Positions 11,382-23,644 of a stretch of DNA of 64,000 nucleotides are shown here, in pieces. The stretch covers positions 2,728,001 through 2,792,000 of the forward strand of contig CDLV01000006.1 in assembly GCA_001244265.2 (NCBI GenBank), read 5' to 3'. The notes under the pieces are model-generated. The model ran no database searches and was not told the origin of the DNA. It was given only the letters and a program-made list of their open reading frames with translations. The translations under genes and the position numbers were made by a program. The stretch comes from Microbotryum violaceum. Taxonomy: Eukaryota. How positions within the stretch are numbered: position 1 is the first letter of the stretch; the number at the start of each line of letters is the position of its first letter.

Positions 11382-14300
11382 GCTTGCGAACTTCAACCGG
11401 TTGTTTGAGGACCTCGTCGCCGCCCACGTCTCCCGTGACAAAGCCTATCAACGCGCCAGGATCGACGGCACATCGTTTACCCAGAGCGATTTCGACAAGT
11501 GGATACCACCGCCCGCGCTGTCCGAGGGCGTTCGCATGGACCTCTTGAAGGCTAGGATGCCGAGGAACCTCGTGACGGTCATCGACTTCATCGGCACGCT
11601 CCCATTGCTCGAGCAAGTTGAGGGCGCGATACGTAGGGCCGCACTTTCCTCGAGCCAGCAGACCGAGCCCATCGCGGGGGCATTGGCGGCACGGGTGCAG
11701 TCTCGGAGTCAGCCAGCCTCGGGTCGTCCTCGCTCGAAACCCTCGGGTCGTCCTTTCGGTACCTCGGCGCCTCCCTTCCTTCAGGCCTCGAGGGTGCCCG
11801 GCCTCAAGGAGAGGTGGCCTCACGGGATCTCGCACGCTGGTCGCCTGAAACTGGGTCGGATGCAGTGCAGAAGGTGCTACGAGCAGGGACATCTTGGCGA
11901 CGAATGCACGGTGCCCTCGGCAGAGGTCTCTCGCCGCCGCATCGCTGTTCTTGCCAAACACAACATCACCATTGGCGCGGCCGACGTAATGGCGCTCGTC
12001 GCCGTCGACCGTGCACCCGAGGCTCAGCTCGAGGACGAGGCCTACGAGGGATACTTTGTCGTCGGCGTACCCAGTGGTGACGACGACATGGCGCTGTACC
12101 TGAGCGACATCCCGCGCTACTTGCTTGATTCGGGTGCGACCCGCCACATGACGACTTGCCGGGACCTCCTCATCGACTTCAAGCCCTTCACCACGGAGCG
12201 CGTCCGGGTCGTCGGCGCCTTCAACTCCAGTGCCATGGCGACCGGTACGGGCACTCTCCGGTTCGGTGTCGACGAAGCGTCCATCGAGCTCCACGACGTC
12301 CTCCTCGTCCCCGGTCTGTCCGCCGAACTCGTCTCTCTCGCCGGCCTGATGAAGGACGGGTATGAGCTATCCAACGAGTGCGACGCGGTTGGGAAACATA
12401 CCGGGATCGTGATCTCCAGCGCGACCTCCTGCCTTTCCTTCGCCCTCGATCGCAACCACTACGTGCTTCAGGCAAGTTCTCACCCACCTCGGGCGGATCA
12501 CCTGGTGCTGACTGCCACCACCTTGCCTACAGACGTAGTGCTTTGGCATCAGCGCTTGGGTCATCCTTCTTGGGGTCGTTTGGTAGAGCCTGTTAGGTCG
12601 GGTCAAATTCCACTCGACGTAGCCGCTGTAACTCCGGATCAGATTCGCCTCCTCGATCAGTGCGATGCTTGCTGCGCCGGCAAAACCGTCTCTTGCCCAA
12701 ACCGGGAACCCGCGAGCCACCCCGTGGACGCACCTTTCTCCCGTGTCTTTGCCGACGTGTGGGGTCCTTCCCCTGTGCCCGCACTTTCGGGTGCTCGTTA
12801 CCTCTGCGGCATCACGGACGAGTTTTCGCGCTTCCGCTGGGATCGCAGCATCCGGCTCAAGAGTGACTCGGCAGCCGTCCTTCAGGATTTTGTTGCGATG
12901 ACGAAGACCCAGTACGGGGGCCAGGGCGTCACGACGCTGCGCACGGACAGAGGGGGCGAGTTTGTGAACCACAGGCTCCGGGATTGGCTCGCCGCGCGGG
13001 GCATTTTCCACGAGCTCTCCACAGCGTACGAGCACGGCCAGATGGGCGTTCAGGAACGCAGCTGGCGAACGATCTTCAACTCCGTTCGCGCCTGGCTCCA
13101 TCGCTCGGGACTGCCTCCCACACTTTGGGATGAAGCGGCGCACGCCGCGATCTACGTCATAAATCTGCTCCCCTCCTCGCCGCTCCAGCAGCGCACCCCA
13201 GACTCTGTGCTGCACGAACCCTCGGACCCGGTCACGGACACCCGCCGCCCCCGCCTTGACCGTGTCAAGACCTGGGGCTGTGCCGCTCACGTGCCGCTCG
13301 CTCCCGAGCCACGTCCCAACAAGCTGGCCCCGCGATCCCGCCTCTGCTACTTTGTTGGCTACTCCTCGCGATCCAAGGCCTGGCGCTTCTTCGATCCGGT
13401 TCGCAACAAGGTCTTCGAGTCGTCTCAGGCCAGGCTCTTTGAGGACCGTTTCTTTCCCGCTGCGGTGAGCCCTGCCATGCCTGCCATCCCTGTCGCGGTC
13501 GGTTTGTCTTACCCGCCCGCGCTGCTTGGCATCAGTTCCGACGCTGCGCCCCCTGTCGCCGAAGTGCCGGCCGTGGCTCCCGCTGCCGCCGCTCCGCCAC
13601 CCGTTCCGCCCGCGCTCGCATTTTCGAACCCTGGCCCGATAAACGCACCGCCCGATGGTGATCGCTCCACCCGGACCCGTCGTCCGCCTGACTACCTCGG
13701 ATTTGCTCACGCGGCACAGCATTGGGAGTTTGCCGAGCACGCGGCCATCCAGTTCGATAACTTCGACGAAGGTGACCCTGACACGCAGATGTACTCGTTG
13801 AGGGAGTCTCTGCGCTCCTCGCCAAAGATTGACAGCGATGACACTCCTTCGGTCCAGGCCGCCCTCGCTGGCCCCTTTCGGATTACTGGCTGGCCGCCAT
13901 GTCGGTGGAGGAGGGAGCTCTCACCGCTAAGAACACGTTCTCCAAGCCGGTTCGACCCCCGCCCGGGGCCATTGTCATCGGGAGCATGTGGGTGCTCCTC
14001 GTCAAGCGCAATGCGGAGGGTCAAATTGTCAAGTACAAAGCTCGACTTGTTGCGCGCGGGGACATGCAAAAACGCCGGGGGATGCATATCGATTCGTTCT
14101 CGCCCACAAGTCGAGCCGCCTCCCATCGACTGTTACTCGCCCTCGCCGTCGAGAACAAGTGGGAGACCCGCCAGTTCGACGTCTCGTCTGCGTACCTCAA
14201 CGGCAACCTTGGCGGGACGGAGATCTACATGCGACTACCCGGAGGCGATATCGTGCGCTTGCAGCGCGCTCTCTACGGCCTCGTTCAGGCGGGCCGCGAG

Positions 14301-15410
14301 TGGTACAAGGTCTTCATTGAATAGACCCTGTCCATTGGCTTCACCCGCACCGACAGTGACCATGCCGTTTTCGTTCGCAAAGAGGGGGATCGACGGTCTT
14401 TCCTCTCCATTCATGTCGACGACGGTCTGCTCACGGGTGACGGGGATCTCGATGGCGTGCTTTGTCAGCTCAAGGCTCGGTTCGAAGCTCGCAGCACCGA
14501 CGAAGCTTCCTTCTTCCTCGGCCAGAGCATCCGTCGCAAGGGCAAGACGGGTGCTGCGATCGTCAACCAGGGACATTTCGTCGATGCCATCCTCGAGGAA
14601 CACCACATGGCCAATGCCTCCCCCCGCCACACGTCTCTCGCGGCTCCGTCGACTCTGAGGAATCGCGCTGACTCCGGTTTTGATCCTGCCTCGATCCCCT
14701 ATCGCGCCATTGTAGGCAAGCTCTTATACCTCTCTGGCACCACCCGACCCGACATCGCGTTCGCCGTTTCAAAGGCTACTCGTTTCTGCAACGACTTCAC
14801 AGTGGAGCATTGGGAGGCGCTCAAACACATCCTGCGCTACCTTGTCGGTACCCGCAATTTTGGCATCCGCTATCAGAAGTCCTTCCAGCCTATGTCGGCA
14901 ATCTTGGAGGGATTTGCCGATGCTGATCACGGCGCTGACCCGGTCACTCGCCAGAGCGTCTCGGGCTACGTGTTCATGTGCGCTGGTGGGGCTATCTTTT
15001 GGATCGCCAAGCGACAGACTCTCGTCACCCTCTCCAGTACCGAGGCCGAGTATGTGGCCATGTCATACGCCGCTCGCGAGGGGATTTGGTTACGTCGTTT
15101 GCTTGCGGATCTTGGCTTCGAGCAGACCGCTCTGACTCGTTTGCGGGGTGACAACCAGTTCGCCATCACTCTGGCCAAGTACCCGGCTTTCCATGCTCGT
15201 ACCAAAAATATTGGCATCCACTTTCACTTCATCCGGGACCACATCGCGGAAGGCACGATCGAGATGGTCTGGGTGCCCACGGACACCATGGCTGCGGACG
15301 TCCTCACCAAGGGGCTCGGGACTCAGAAGCACTATCAGTTTGTACACGCGATGGGGCTTATAGATTCATCGCGTGAAGGGGCGAGTTGGTGTGTTGTGAA
15401 CGAGGATTAG
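10934..15410 (+). pseudogene. Copia gag-pol polyprotein, disrupted
   Basis: Gag NWGV.RERLQNVLKGEGRLKHVTG; zinc knuckle CRRCYEQGHLGDEC; protease LLDSGATRHM; WHQRLGHPS..CDAC; integrase DVWGP, RTDRGGEF; RT KYKARLVARG, FDVSSAYLNG, HVDDGL; RNase H ADADHG, SSTEAEY, DNQ. Split over ORFs 10835-11113, 10969-14658, 13899-14324 and 14457-15410. Confidence 0.95.
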
Positions 15411-15517
15411 CAGGAAGGCGGCTATCGGTTATTTCATTAGAAGCGCGCGTTTGTTTAGTGAAGCCTGGCGATGCGCACCAACCGTTGTCTTCTCTCCACG
15501 GTTAGATTACACGCTCG
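15382..15517 (+). repeat. 3' LTR of the copia element (truncated)
   Basis: Direct repeat of the first ~135 bp of the 5' LTR with about five differences by eye; preceded by purine-rich gaagggg (PPT-like). Confidence 0.88.
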
Positions 15518-15561
15518 GACTCATAACCTATCGCAGAAAAGATGCGAGCGCGGAAGTAAAG

Positions 15562-15705
15562 CCTTCCGATAGGTGAGGGTGCACAACGCCGAGAAGTAAG
15601 GACCACAATGTAGAGCGAGTGATAATAAGTATTCCATAACTAACCTTCCGATAGGTGAGGGTGCACGACGCCGAGAAGTCGGGACCACAATGTAGAGCGA
15701 GTGAT
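15562..15705. repeat. Short tandem duplication (~60-bp unit x2) in a TE remnant
   Basis: ccttccgataggtgagggtgcac.acgccgagaagt..ggaccacaatgtagagcgagtgat occurs twice. Confidence 0.8.
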
Positions 15706-15832
15706 GAGAAAGCTCTCAAGAGTAAACAGACGCGCCCAACTTAAACAGATCAAACCCCAATACCAAAGTGACTAATGACTAAACGCACGCGCATCCGCGC
15801 AGATACCACAGGCACAGACACATATCAAATGA

Positions 15833-18800
15833 CAAGAGACACTTCTGATACCGAACTCTCAACAGGAAGCAAACTTTTTGATAAAGGCCTAATATCACTA
15901 TCCAGTATGCGGCCGACAGGATTTCTGGCCTACTTCAGCGAAGGCGTTGGAGCGTGCGACGGTGCGAGGCGGCACCGGCGGCCTCACCTAGCTCACCCTC
16001 CTTCCCTTCTCCCAGCTGAGCCGCTTGAGTGAGTTGCCTTGGGAATGAATTCGCGTGGTTCGCTGTCCGGCTTTGGGGTCGGAAGCTCTGCCAAAGCTCT
16101 TCGATGAAGACGAGAGATTCGAATCTCTTTGGTTTCTTCCGAGCGTTCATCCGAGGACCTCCGAGGAGACGTCGCTGTCCGTTGAGGAGGACGAGTCGAG
16201 ATTGGGTAAGCGAGTCGGCCGACTTACGATCCCTATATCCGCAAAGTGAAGGCGTTGCGCCGGAAACTTGTCCACATGTTTCACACGACTTCACAAAGAG
16301 TTACTGATAGCTTACAGCTGAAGGCTGATGAAGAGGGTCAACCTTATCCGCATCCTTTAGTCGCCGAAGCAAATCGAACAGTAATAGATCGGCGGCGATC
16401 TACTCCACACCAATCCACCCTTCGATCCCCTTCAACAGCTACACCTAAAACTTTTTATCTGGCGCACCCACCGTTATTTGACCCTGAGAGCCATCCTCAG
16501 ATTCCGTCCCCCGCGCATTCTGAAGCGACCGACGACGATGGTCCTCGGAATAGATCGAAAAGGGGGCATCTTCCAACCCAACTCGACGGCCGGCATGTTC
16601 ATCGAGTGACGTTCGGGGGTCATCGTGGCGTCCAGGAGATTTGTCGGTAAGCTGAGAGGATTTGTTGGACTTGAGCGAGTGGAGCCGGGGTAAACAAACT
16701 GAGTTTGAGTCAGTGAGCCTTCGTCCTGAGGCTTGGTGGCGATTCGTTCCGGGGGTCAGGGGCGAGGAGTTTTTCATCGTCGAGCGAGAGCGCGCTTCCT
16801 CCAGGATCTCTTGGCGGGAGTTGACTGATCACAGAATGGATACGTATCAGTACTCTCAAATTGCAATGTGGGGAGGCGAACACTGACGAGAATGTAGAAT
16901 GCAGAGCGCATACATGCTTGCGATGATGATGGTGAAGAACGACCAAGCCTGCGGCCATTACCAACCACCGAGAATTAGCCCCCTCTTGCATAAGCTGCGT
17001 TTCTAGAAGTACGCACATCCCCAGTCGAGGTCGTGATCTCTAGAATTGCCATGATCGCCGAGATGATTGCCGGTGGAAGACACGTCGTGATAGACAGGGA
17101 CGCCAAACGAAGCAGCATGTAATCGAGTCTGCCACGAGGAAATCAGTGGATGTCAGCCTCTCGTCAGACGGCAGGCTAAGTTGTCTCGAGTGACTCACTT
17201 ATCCCCGACCGCCTTCTTTCTCGTTCGAAGTAAGAAAAATGTCGAGGACAGGGATAGGTAAATATCCGTGCACTGCGTAAGCAGCACGACTTGTTGTTAG
17301 TTATCGCGAGCTCGGCGGGTTGGGTACGATGACCCGAAGCAGCGGCGGCCGGCACTCACGCAAGTGCAGAACGCCCAAGGTGGGACCCAAGCATGCACAC
17401 GATCTTGGCCTTCTTTACGTACTGGAGTCATGACTGGGTACGAGATACGAGAAAGCGCGGGACGGTGAGAGCTCAGACCCCGGTGCATTTGCGCAGTCTG
17501 ACGGTCGAGGAATGAACTGACCCCGGAGGCTGGCGTATATGATGAAGAGGATTGTCGAACACAATGTCCCAGCCACAGCGATGACACTAAAGAGGACGTG
17601 CTTCTTGGATATCTGAAAATTACGAGGGAGTTCAGTCCACGAGGGCACGTTCCAAGAGCGATGGAGGGACTATATTGAGTTTGGGCCAACCCACCGACCA
17701 AAGTCGATAGCAGAGATACACCTGGGACAGTGTCACCGGTATCTGGCCGATGATGAGCGAAGTTAGGAGGGACCATGGAATAACTTGCATAATGTGTCTG
17801 TAAGGGAGGAAGATTGCCTAGAAGAAGCGCACGAAGAAGCGCAAACAAAAGTCAGCTCCGTGTCTTGAACTGTAAATTTTGCGGGTGTGTTTCACCAAGT
17901 TCCATATTGTCGTGATGTCCAAGCCCGACTTGCACCACAGAGCCAAGACAGAAAATGCAACACAGACTCTGTACAGTACAATCCCCCAAAGCAAGGAGTT
18001 AAAAATCATATCGCTCGATCGCTAGTCAGCCACGAGAACCGGAAAATGGCCTTAAAAACTACCCGGTAGTATGGGGCGCGTGCTAACTTTACTAGTGTGG
18101 GGTCCCTCGAGCCGCGCGAAAAGTAGGTAATTGCTTTCGCGGTGATCATTCCCAAGATAAATACTTCCGTAAAATAGGCGATGGTCAATGTACCTTTTTT
18201 GAGGGAAGTAACCACCGCAGAGTCGAGATAATGTGAATGGTCAGTGCGATCCTCCCGCGCTTCAAAAGGAGTTGAGGACGTCAACACGTGGAGATCACGC
18301 AGATCGAACAAGGCGACAGCTTGGAGAAGGCCTCGTTCGCCGTTGACGCCAATACTTGATAACGCTTTTCAAATGAGTCGCCCCGTACTCACCTATGAAC
18401 GATGCGGAAGGCCCCGCAGCGTGGGGCCCGGCTTGCGAAGGCGGTTGAAGCCGGGTCGCCGATGACATTTTCGCGAGCGCTCGATGTCCCGGGGAAGCAG
18501 GAAAACAGCAGAGCGCGGCGATTTAGAGGCCGAATTCGGCCCCGTGAAGTCGGTTTGGTAGAATTGATCCGTTCGGCCGCACCGACGAAGTGACTGATTT
18601 GCGAGCAGTCAAAGAGTGTCGCAAGACGGAGACGTTTGAAGTGGTTGTTGGATCACCCAGTTCAACAGGGTCAGCGACAACAGTGCTTGAAGGGACCGCC
18701 ACGGTTATCGCTATAGAGCAGAAAGCAAACTTGCGGAGTTGCCAGCGTCGACCAAATGCCTGGGACGACAGTATCCAAAATGGTGGGCTTTAAAATGGTG

Positions 18801-18880
18801 GGAAACCATCCCGCGTGGTGATCGTGCGCGTTGAAGAATAGGGGGCCCCCGATGACACGGGTTTTTAGCGCCGCCTGTGA
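15833..18880. repeat. Segmental repeat unit, copy C (~3.0 kb)
   Basis: Same start motif as copy B; collinear similarity through ~18880. Confidence 0.9.
16345..18468 (-). pseudogene. DUF6534-like membrane protein, copy C (premature stop in tail)
   Basis: MSSATRLQPPSQ... plus GTGAGT donor; IAYFTEVFILGMITAKAITYFSRGSRDPTLVK. The tail ORF 16445-16777 stops early relative to copy A. Confidence 0.55.
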
Positions 18881-19279
18881 GGCCCGAGCGGCCTCGCACG
18901 CACATGACCAACGACTGAATCTGGACGAAACCCAGCAAACCGAATATTGGACCATTATTAGCCGGTTTTCCCGTTTTGTGTAGTTCAGTCTCGGTTTCCT
19001 CTGTCTCTGGGAGAAGACATTCATTCGGAACCGATCTGAAACAACGAACACAGTCAACAATACCATTTCGAGACGAGTCAATCGGCCGAGTACTCGCAAT
19101 TCCTCTGTAAGGCCACCGGCCTCACACCGCGTGTCTTCTCCACATTTTGCACTGGCGCTTGTCGGGGACTTTACCCGGCGGCGTACGTGGTTACGTAATC
19201 GCTCGCCTGACGTTCTCGTCATCTCGGTGAACCTCGCCTTGACTCAGGAGTCAGGACTGAAGAATACTCAACAATGGTA

Positions 19280-19686
19280 GGCCCAAACTCACTTCGGCCG
19301 ACCTCCATGCACACGCTACTCAAGCATACACCGCAAAGCCCAACTACTACCTCGTTTACTGCTCAGTGACGACAAGGACAAGGAATCAAAGAAGTTCACA
19401 GAGTCGACCCAAGTCATTCGTCTTGAGCGTGGTCATTACGGAACCGCCGCTCCTGTGATCTCGCGCCCGACCTACTAGATGCCAGCAGTAACGACTCAAC
19501 CAGGCCCAAACTCACTTCGGCCGATCTCAATGCACTCCGCTACTCAAGCGTACGCCAAAAAACCGAACTACCTACCTCGTTTCCTGCTCAGTGACGAGAA
19601 GGACAAGGGATCAAAGAAGTTCACCGAGTCGACCCAAGTCCGAGTCATTCATCTTGAGCGAGGTCATTACGGAACCGCCGCTCCTG
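19280..19686. repeat. Diverged tandem duplication (~180-bp unit x2)
   Basis: ggcccaaactcacttcggccga...ggtcattacggaaccgccgctcctg at ~19280-19456 and ~19503-19686. Confidence 0.85.
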
Positions 19687-20850
19687 CACTGCAGCCTTGC
19701 GATCATACCTTCGGACGACGACGGCGGGTGACTCTCGCCGCTCCAAAGCCTCTGGCTCCTTCAAGGGAAAAATCTTCTTCATCGTTCCTTTTGCATGGCA
19801 AAGTCCTGAGCAAAGTACGTCTCCGGCGATCGTCGCGGCAGTTAACTCTCTCTCTCTCTCTCTCTCTCTTTTCCTCTTCTGATCAATGCTTCTATTTCCC
19901 TTCACTATAGCATGACACCAAAACCCGAACTTTCACATCCACGAAATCGGCCTCGAGCTATTTGCCCATTGATGAGGAGGTTGATGAGGAACAAGTGTCC
20001 ATTATCCTTGGCCGCATCAAAACCAAATTCCCCAAAAGACGCAGAAACAATTCGGGACCAAGGGTTAGTATGCTTGTAAGGAAGTGCACAAAAAGGTTTG
20101 AAGCGACAAGATACTGCTTATTGGCCAAATTCGGAACATAATTTGCAGTATTTGGTGCAACACCCTAACCCTTGGTCCCGAATCGTTTCTGCTTCTTTTT
20201 TGGAGAGACTGGGGTCCTCGAGGCGGTCAAGTATGTTGTTCATCGATGGCAAAGAGCTCGAGGCCGAATGCGGCGGATGTGAAGCTTCGGTTTCGGTGCC
20301 ATGCTATATCGTGAAGGGACATAGAAGCTTTGATCAGAAAAAGGAAAAGAGAAAGAAACTGCCGCGATGACTGGAGACGTACTCGTTCCAGACTTTGCCA
20401 TTTAAGGGACTCCTAGAGAAGAGCTCTCCCTTAAAGGAGCCAGAGACTTTGGAGCGGGGAAAGTCGCCGTCGTCGTCCGGCAAGGAGAGAGAAATGCCGC
20501 GACGACCGGAGAGGGTACTTTGTTCGGGACTTTTACCATGCGAGGAATCCATAGAGAAGATCTTTCCCTTGAAGGAGCCAGACGCCTTGGAGCGGGAGAG
20601 TCGCCTTTCACGGTCGTTCGTCCAAAGGCATGGTTGCAAGAGCGGCGGTTCCGTATTGACCACGCTCAAGACGAATGATTTTGGGTCGGACTCACTCTGT
20701 GTATGTCTTTAGTTCCTTGTCCTTGTCGTCGCTGAGGTAGTAAGTTGGGCTTTCCGGGCTACGCTCGAGCAGCGTAGTGCATGGAGGTCAGCCAAGTGAG
20801 TTGGGGCCTGGTTGAATCTTTACTACCATAGCCTAGGTCGAGCGCGATGC
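19460..20850. repeat. Degenerate fold-back (long inverted repeat centred near 20120)
   Basis: Nested inverted matches: ttcgggaccaagggttag/ctaacccttggtcccgaa; cggcctcgagct/agctcgaggccg; ctgatcaatgcttctat/atagaagctttgatcag; tggctccttcaagggaaa/tttcccttgaaggagcca; caaccaggcccaaactcactt/aagtgagttggggcctggttg. Confidence 0.88.
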
Positions 20851-21042
20851 GGGCGAGAGCCTAATTGGCTGCGTTGCCGAGAAATGAGCTTGAAGGAGAA
20901 AGATGAACAGGACTTTCAAACGCAAGTTCATGTGTTCGTGGTCAAGCTAGAACAAAGGCGAGGGTGAAAACAAAGGCTTTGCCTTTCTGGGCAGAAGCCC
21001 GTCTGGGGGTACTGTAATAGGTGGTGGATAATGTAAGGAGGT

Positions 21043-21098
21043 GTAAGGCTCGTGCGCTCGTGCGCTCGAGCCTTACGAGACGAGCGCACGAGCCTTAC
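21043..21098. repeat. 19-bp perfect inverted repeat (hairpin)
   Basis: gtaaggctcgtgcgctcgt (21043-21061) and acgagcgcacgagccttac (21080-21098). Confidence 0.9.
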
Positions 21099-21440
21099 GA
21101 GGTCGGGACGCGCGCGTGGGCACTCTTTGAGCTCTCTCTTCGGCGGCTTAAAGTAGTGTCCAGGTGACTCGGAGACAAGGTGAATCAGAAGGCTTTGTCA
21201 TGGCAGCGACTAACTTAAGAGTGCCCAGTGTCAATCCTACATACTTTCGTCCTCCGATCTTTTGGCCTGAGCCTGAGGAGGTCGGGACGCGCGCGTGGGC
21301 ACTCTTTGAGCTCTCTCTTCGGCGACTTAAAGTAGTGTCCAGGTGACTCGGAGCCATGGTGGATCAGAAGGCCTTGTCATGGCAGCGACTAACTTTAAAG
21401 TGCCCAGTGTCAATCCTACATACTTTCGTCCTCTGATCTT
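21099..21440. repeat. Tandem duplication, 179-bp period, 2 copies
   Basis: gaggtcgggacgcgcgcgtgggcactctttgagc...catactttcgtcctc.gatctt starts at 21099 and 21278. Confidence 0.92.
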
Positions 21441-21941
21441 ATCGTTGTCGCTTCGCGGGGAGTTATCACAGAGATCTGACCGAGAACCGTCGCTGCGATA
21501 ACGCTCGGGACCACAAACATCTAAGTCAAACCACGTGAACTCATCAGTGGTCGAATTCTGAACTTGGCTCAGTACTCTCGACTCTTTGAAGGTCACGGCC
21601 TGAGATCCCGGAAGGCTTGACTGGCAAGACTGGATAGATGGAGATTACATGCGGCGGGATCGCGAAGGGGGAAACCCAAAAGTAAAATTTGAAGCACAGA
21701 CATACACCAAAAAATGAAAACGAGCCGGTCCATTTGGGCCTGCGCACCTATCGACTTGAATACTGTAAATCTGGCAGTTGAGAAACGAGAAAGAGGAAGA
21801 AATGGAAGAGGGGCCTGCCTTGATGCCTTGGCAGTTCCCTCGTTCACTGATCGGGTGTTCGTGCGCCGCTCGTGTTCTCGTGGGCATATGAATAAACTGG
21901 TGGGCGTCTCGGTGGACGGATAGGGCGAGGAAAGTTGTGCT

Positions 21942-23644
21942 TTACTGGGCGCGCGATTTACTGGTACAGATGATAGTAGCCATTAGATCTCTCGAGCGGA
22001 ATGCTGCTCGCTCCGAAAACAACTCACCGGTACTCGGCCTCGGCTTGTACACTCGCCTCCTCCATCTCACCCTGAATGCTAGCGAGCGCCTGTAGCCCAA
22101 GGATTCGAGATCAAGATGTCATCAGTCAGCTCTCAAAAGTCATGCTCCATCCTGCCTGGGTGCGTACCTCAGCAGCTTCGGCGTAAAAGGCTTGTTGGGC
22201 CTTGACGAGAGCAGCGAGGTTCTTGATCGGTTCGGGCGAGTCGAGCACAGAGCGCATCAGGTTGATCGCTTCCTCGGTCGCGTTGACGAGCTTCTCCTCT
22301 GCTGCTTCAACTGAGGAAGATGCAAGGCAGAATGAGTTAGCCTTGGGGCGAGATGCGTGTGATCGAGATGCGCTGTCTAAGGCTGACCTTCGATTCGGGC
22401 CTTCTCCTGCGAGGGTCCACCTGTCGCACTCTTGAGCGTCCCCCGAAGAGCGTCCAATTGGATCCTACCAAGTCACAATGTTTCCCATCATCAGCAAACA
22501 GCTTTTATACATCGACAGCTCACCCTGCCCACACACTTACCTAGCACTCTTGACGTTGGCCCGACTCTTCATCGCGGCCTGCAAGCTCGCATTCAACGTC
22601 GCGGACCAAGGGTGCAAAAAATTCTTTTGGATCTCCTCGTCCTGGATCGTACGCGCGTTACCGATCTTGTCCGAGGTGACGGCGTACGTCTTGAGCACGT
22701 TCGCGAGACGACCGGGGCCGACTTGGACAGCGCCAGAAGCGGCGGCGCGAGAGAGGGCGTGAGGAAGCGTCTTTTGCACTTCGGTTGGCTTGTCCGCGAC
22801 GGAAGGTTGGGGCAAGTTGGTGCCTGGTTCGATATCATGGAATCTCGGCATCAGCTTTGGTTTTTGTTCACACGCAGTCGATGTACTTTTTCTTGCGGGA
22901 CGAACCTTTCGTTGCCGCTGCGGCCCAGCTGGTGAGGTTGTGCGCGAGCGAACCTCCGATTTCGGCGACGGACTCTTGCAGTTGGGTCGGGTAGTCGTAC
23001 GGTCCTTCGTAGGCCTTGGCAACTCGCAACATGTTGATGTGAGCCGTTCTGGGGAAGAGAGAGGGGGGTAAGGATCGAAACAAAAGCAAAAACTGCGAAA
23101 AGCTCCCCACCGATGGAGCTTGATGCGTACCTCAGACCATCGACGCGACGTTCCAAATCGAGGTACTCCTCGGGCAGCTCGGTAATGTCGTCGGCATTGC
23201 CCGAACGTTCCTTTACAGTTTGACTGTGAAAATGATGACGGCGTTCTTATCTTTTAGCGGTCGTTTCGTGAAGTCGGACCCGGATATCATAGCTCACCTG
23301 AGAGTGGCAAAGGATCGGGTGATGGTGCTGCCCGTGTTCTTGAGGTCGACGGACTGGGCCGCGCCTTGCACGGTCGCGCCCGCGGCGGCTGCGGCGGCTT
23401 GCAATGACGCCGATACGGATCTGTGCGGGCGCAGGATCGTATATTCAGTCTTTTGAAAGGTTGATGCGGGATATGTTGGGATAAATTCGCGTCGCCGATA
23501 AGGGTCCAGGACGGTGCTCGCCGTTGAGGTTGAGGTGGAGGTGGAGGTGGACGTGTACCGGGTACGGTTACGGGCACGTACGTCGTCGTGAACAGTGAGT
23601 GGATCGATCTAGAGTGGGGGGTGCACTCACTTCCAAGAGTTCAT
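21942..23644 (-). CDS. GVP36: BAR-domain protein Gvp36-like (multi-exon)
   Basis: Spliced product MNSWK...QTVKERSGNADDITELPEEYLDLERRVDGLR...YDYPTQLQES...KTLPHALSRAA...EVEAAEEKLVNATEEAINLMRSVLDSPEPIKNLAALVKAQQAFYAEAAE...YRKSRAQ*; typical fungal BAR_2/Gvp36 motifs. Confidence 0.88.

Larger units (their letters stand above)
10240..15517 (+). mobile_element. Ty1/copia LTR retrotransposon, decayed and rearranged
   Basis: Two LTRs, a PBS-like TGGTAGCGTC, and gag-PR-IN-RT-RH order diagnostic of copia. Frameshifts near 11105 and 13880, in-frame TAG at 14322-14324, truncated 3' LTR, no TSD visible. Confidence 0.97.

Noticed and set aside
11317-13740. Long minus-strand ORFs (325 aa and 457 aa)
   Set aside because: Antisense shadows of the GC-rich copia pol frame with no recognisable motifs.
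13880-14658. C-terminal part of the 1229-aa ORF as real protein
   Set aside because: After ~13880 the RT motifs continue in another frame; this tail is frameshift read-through.
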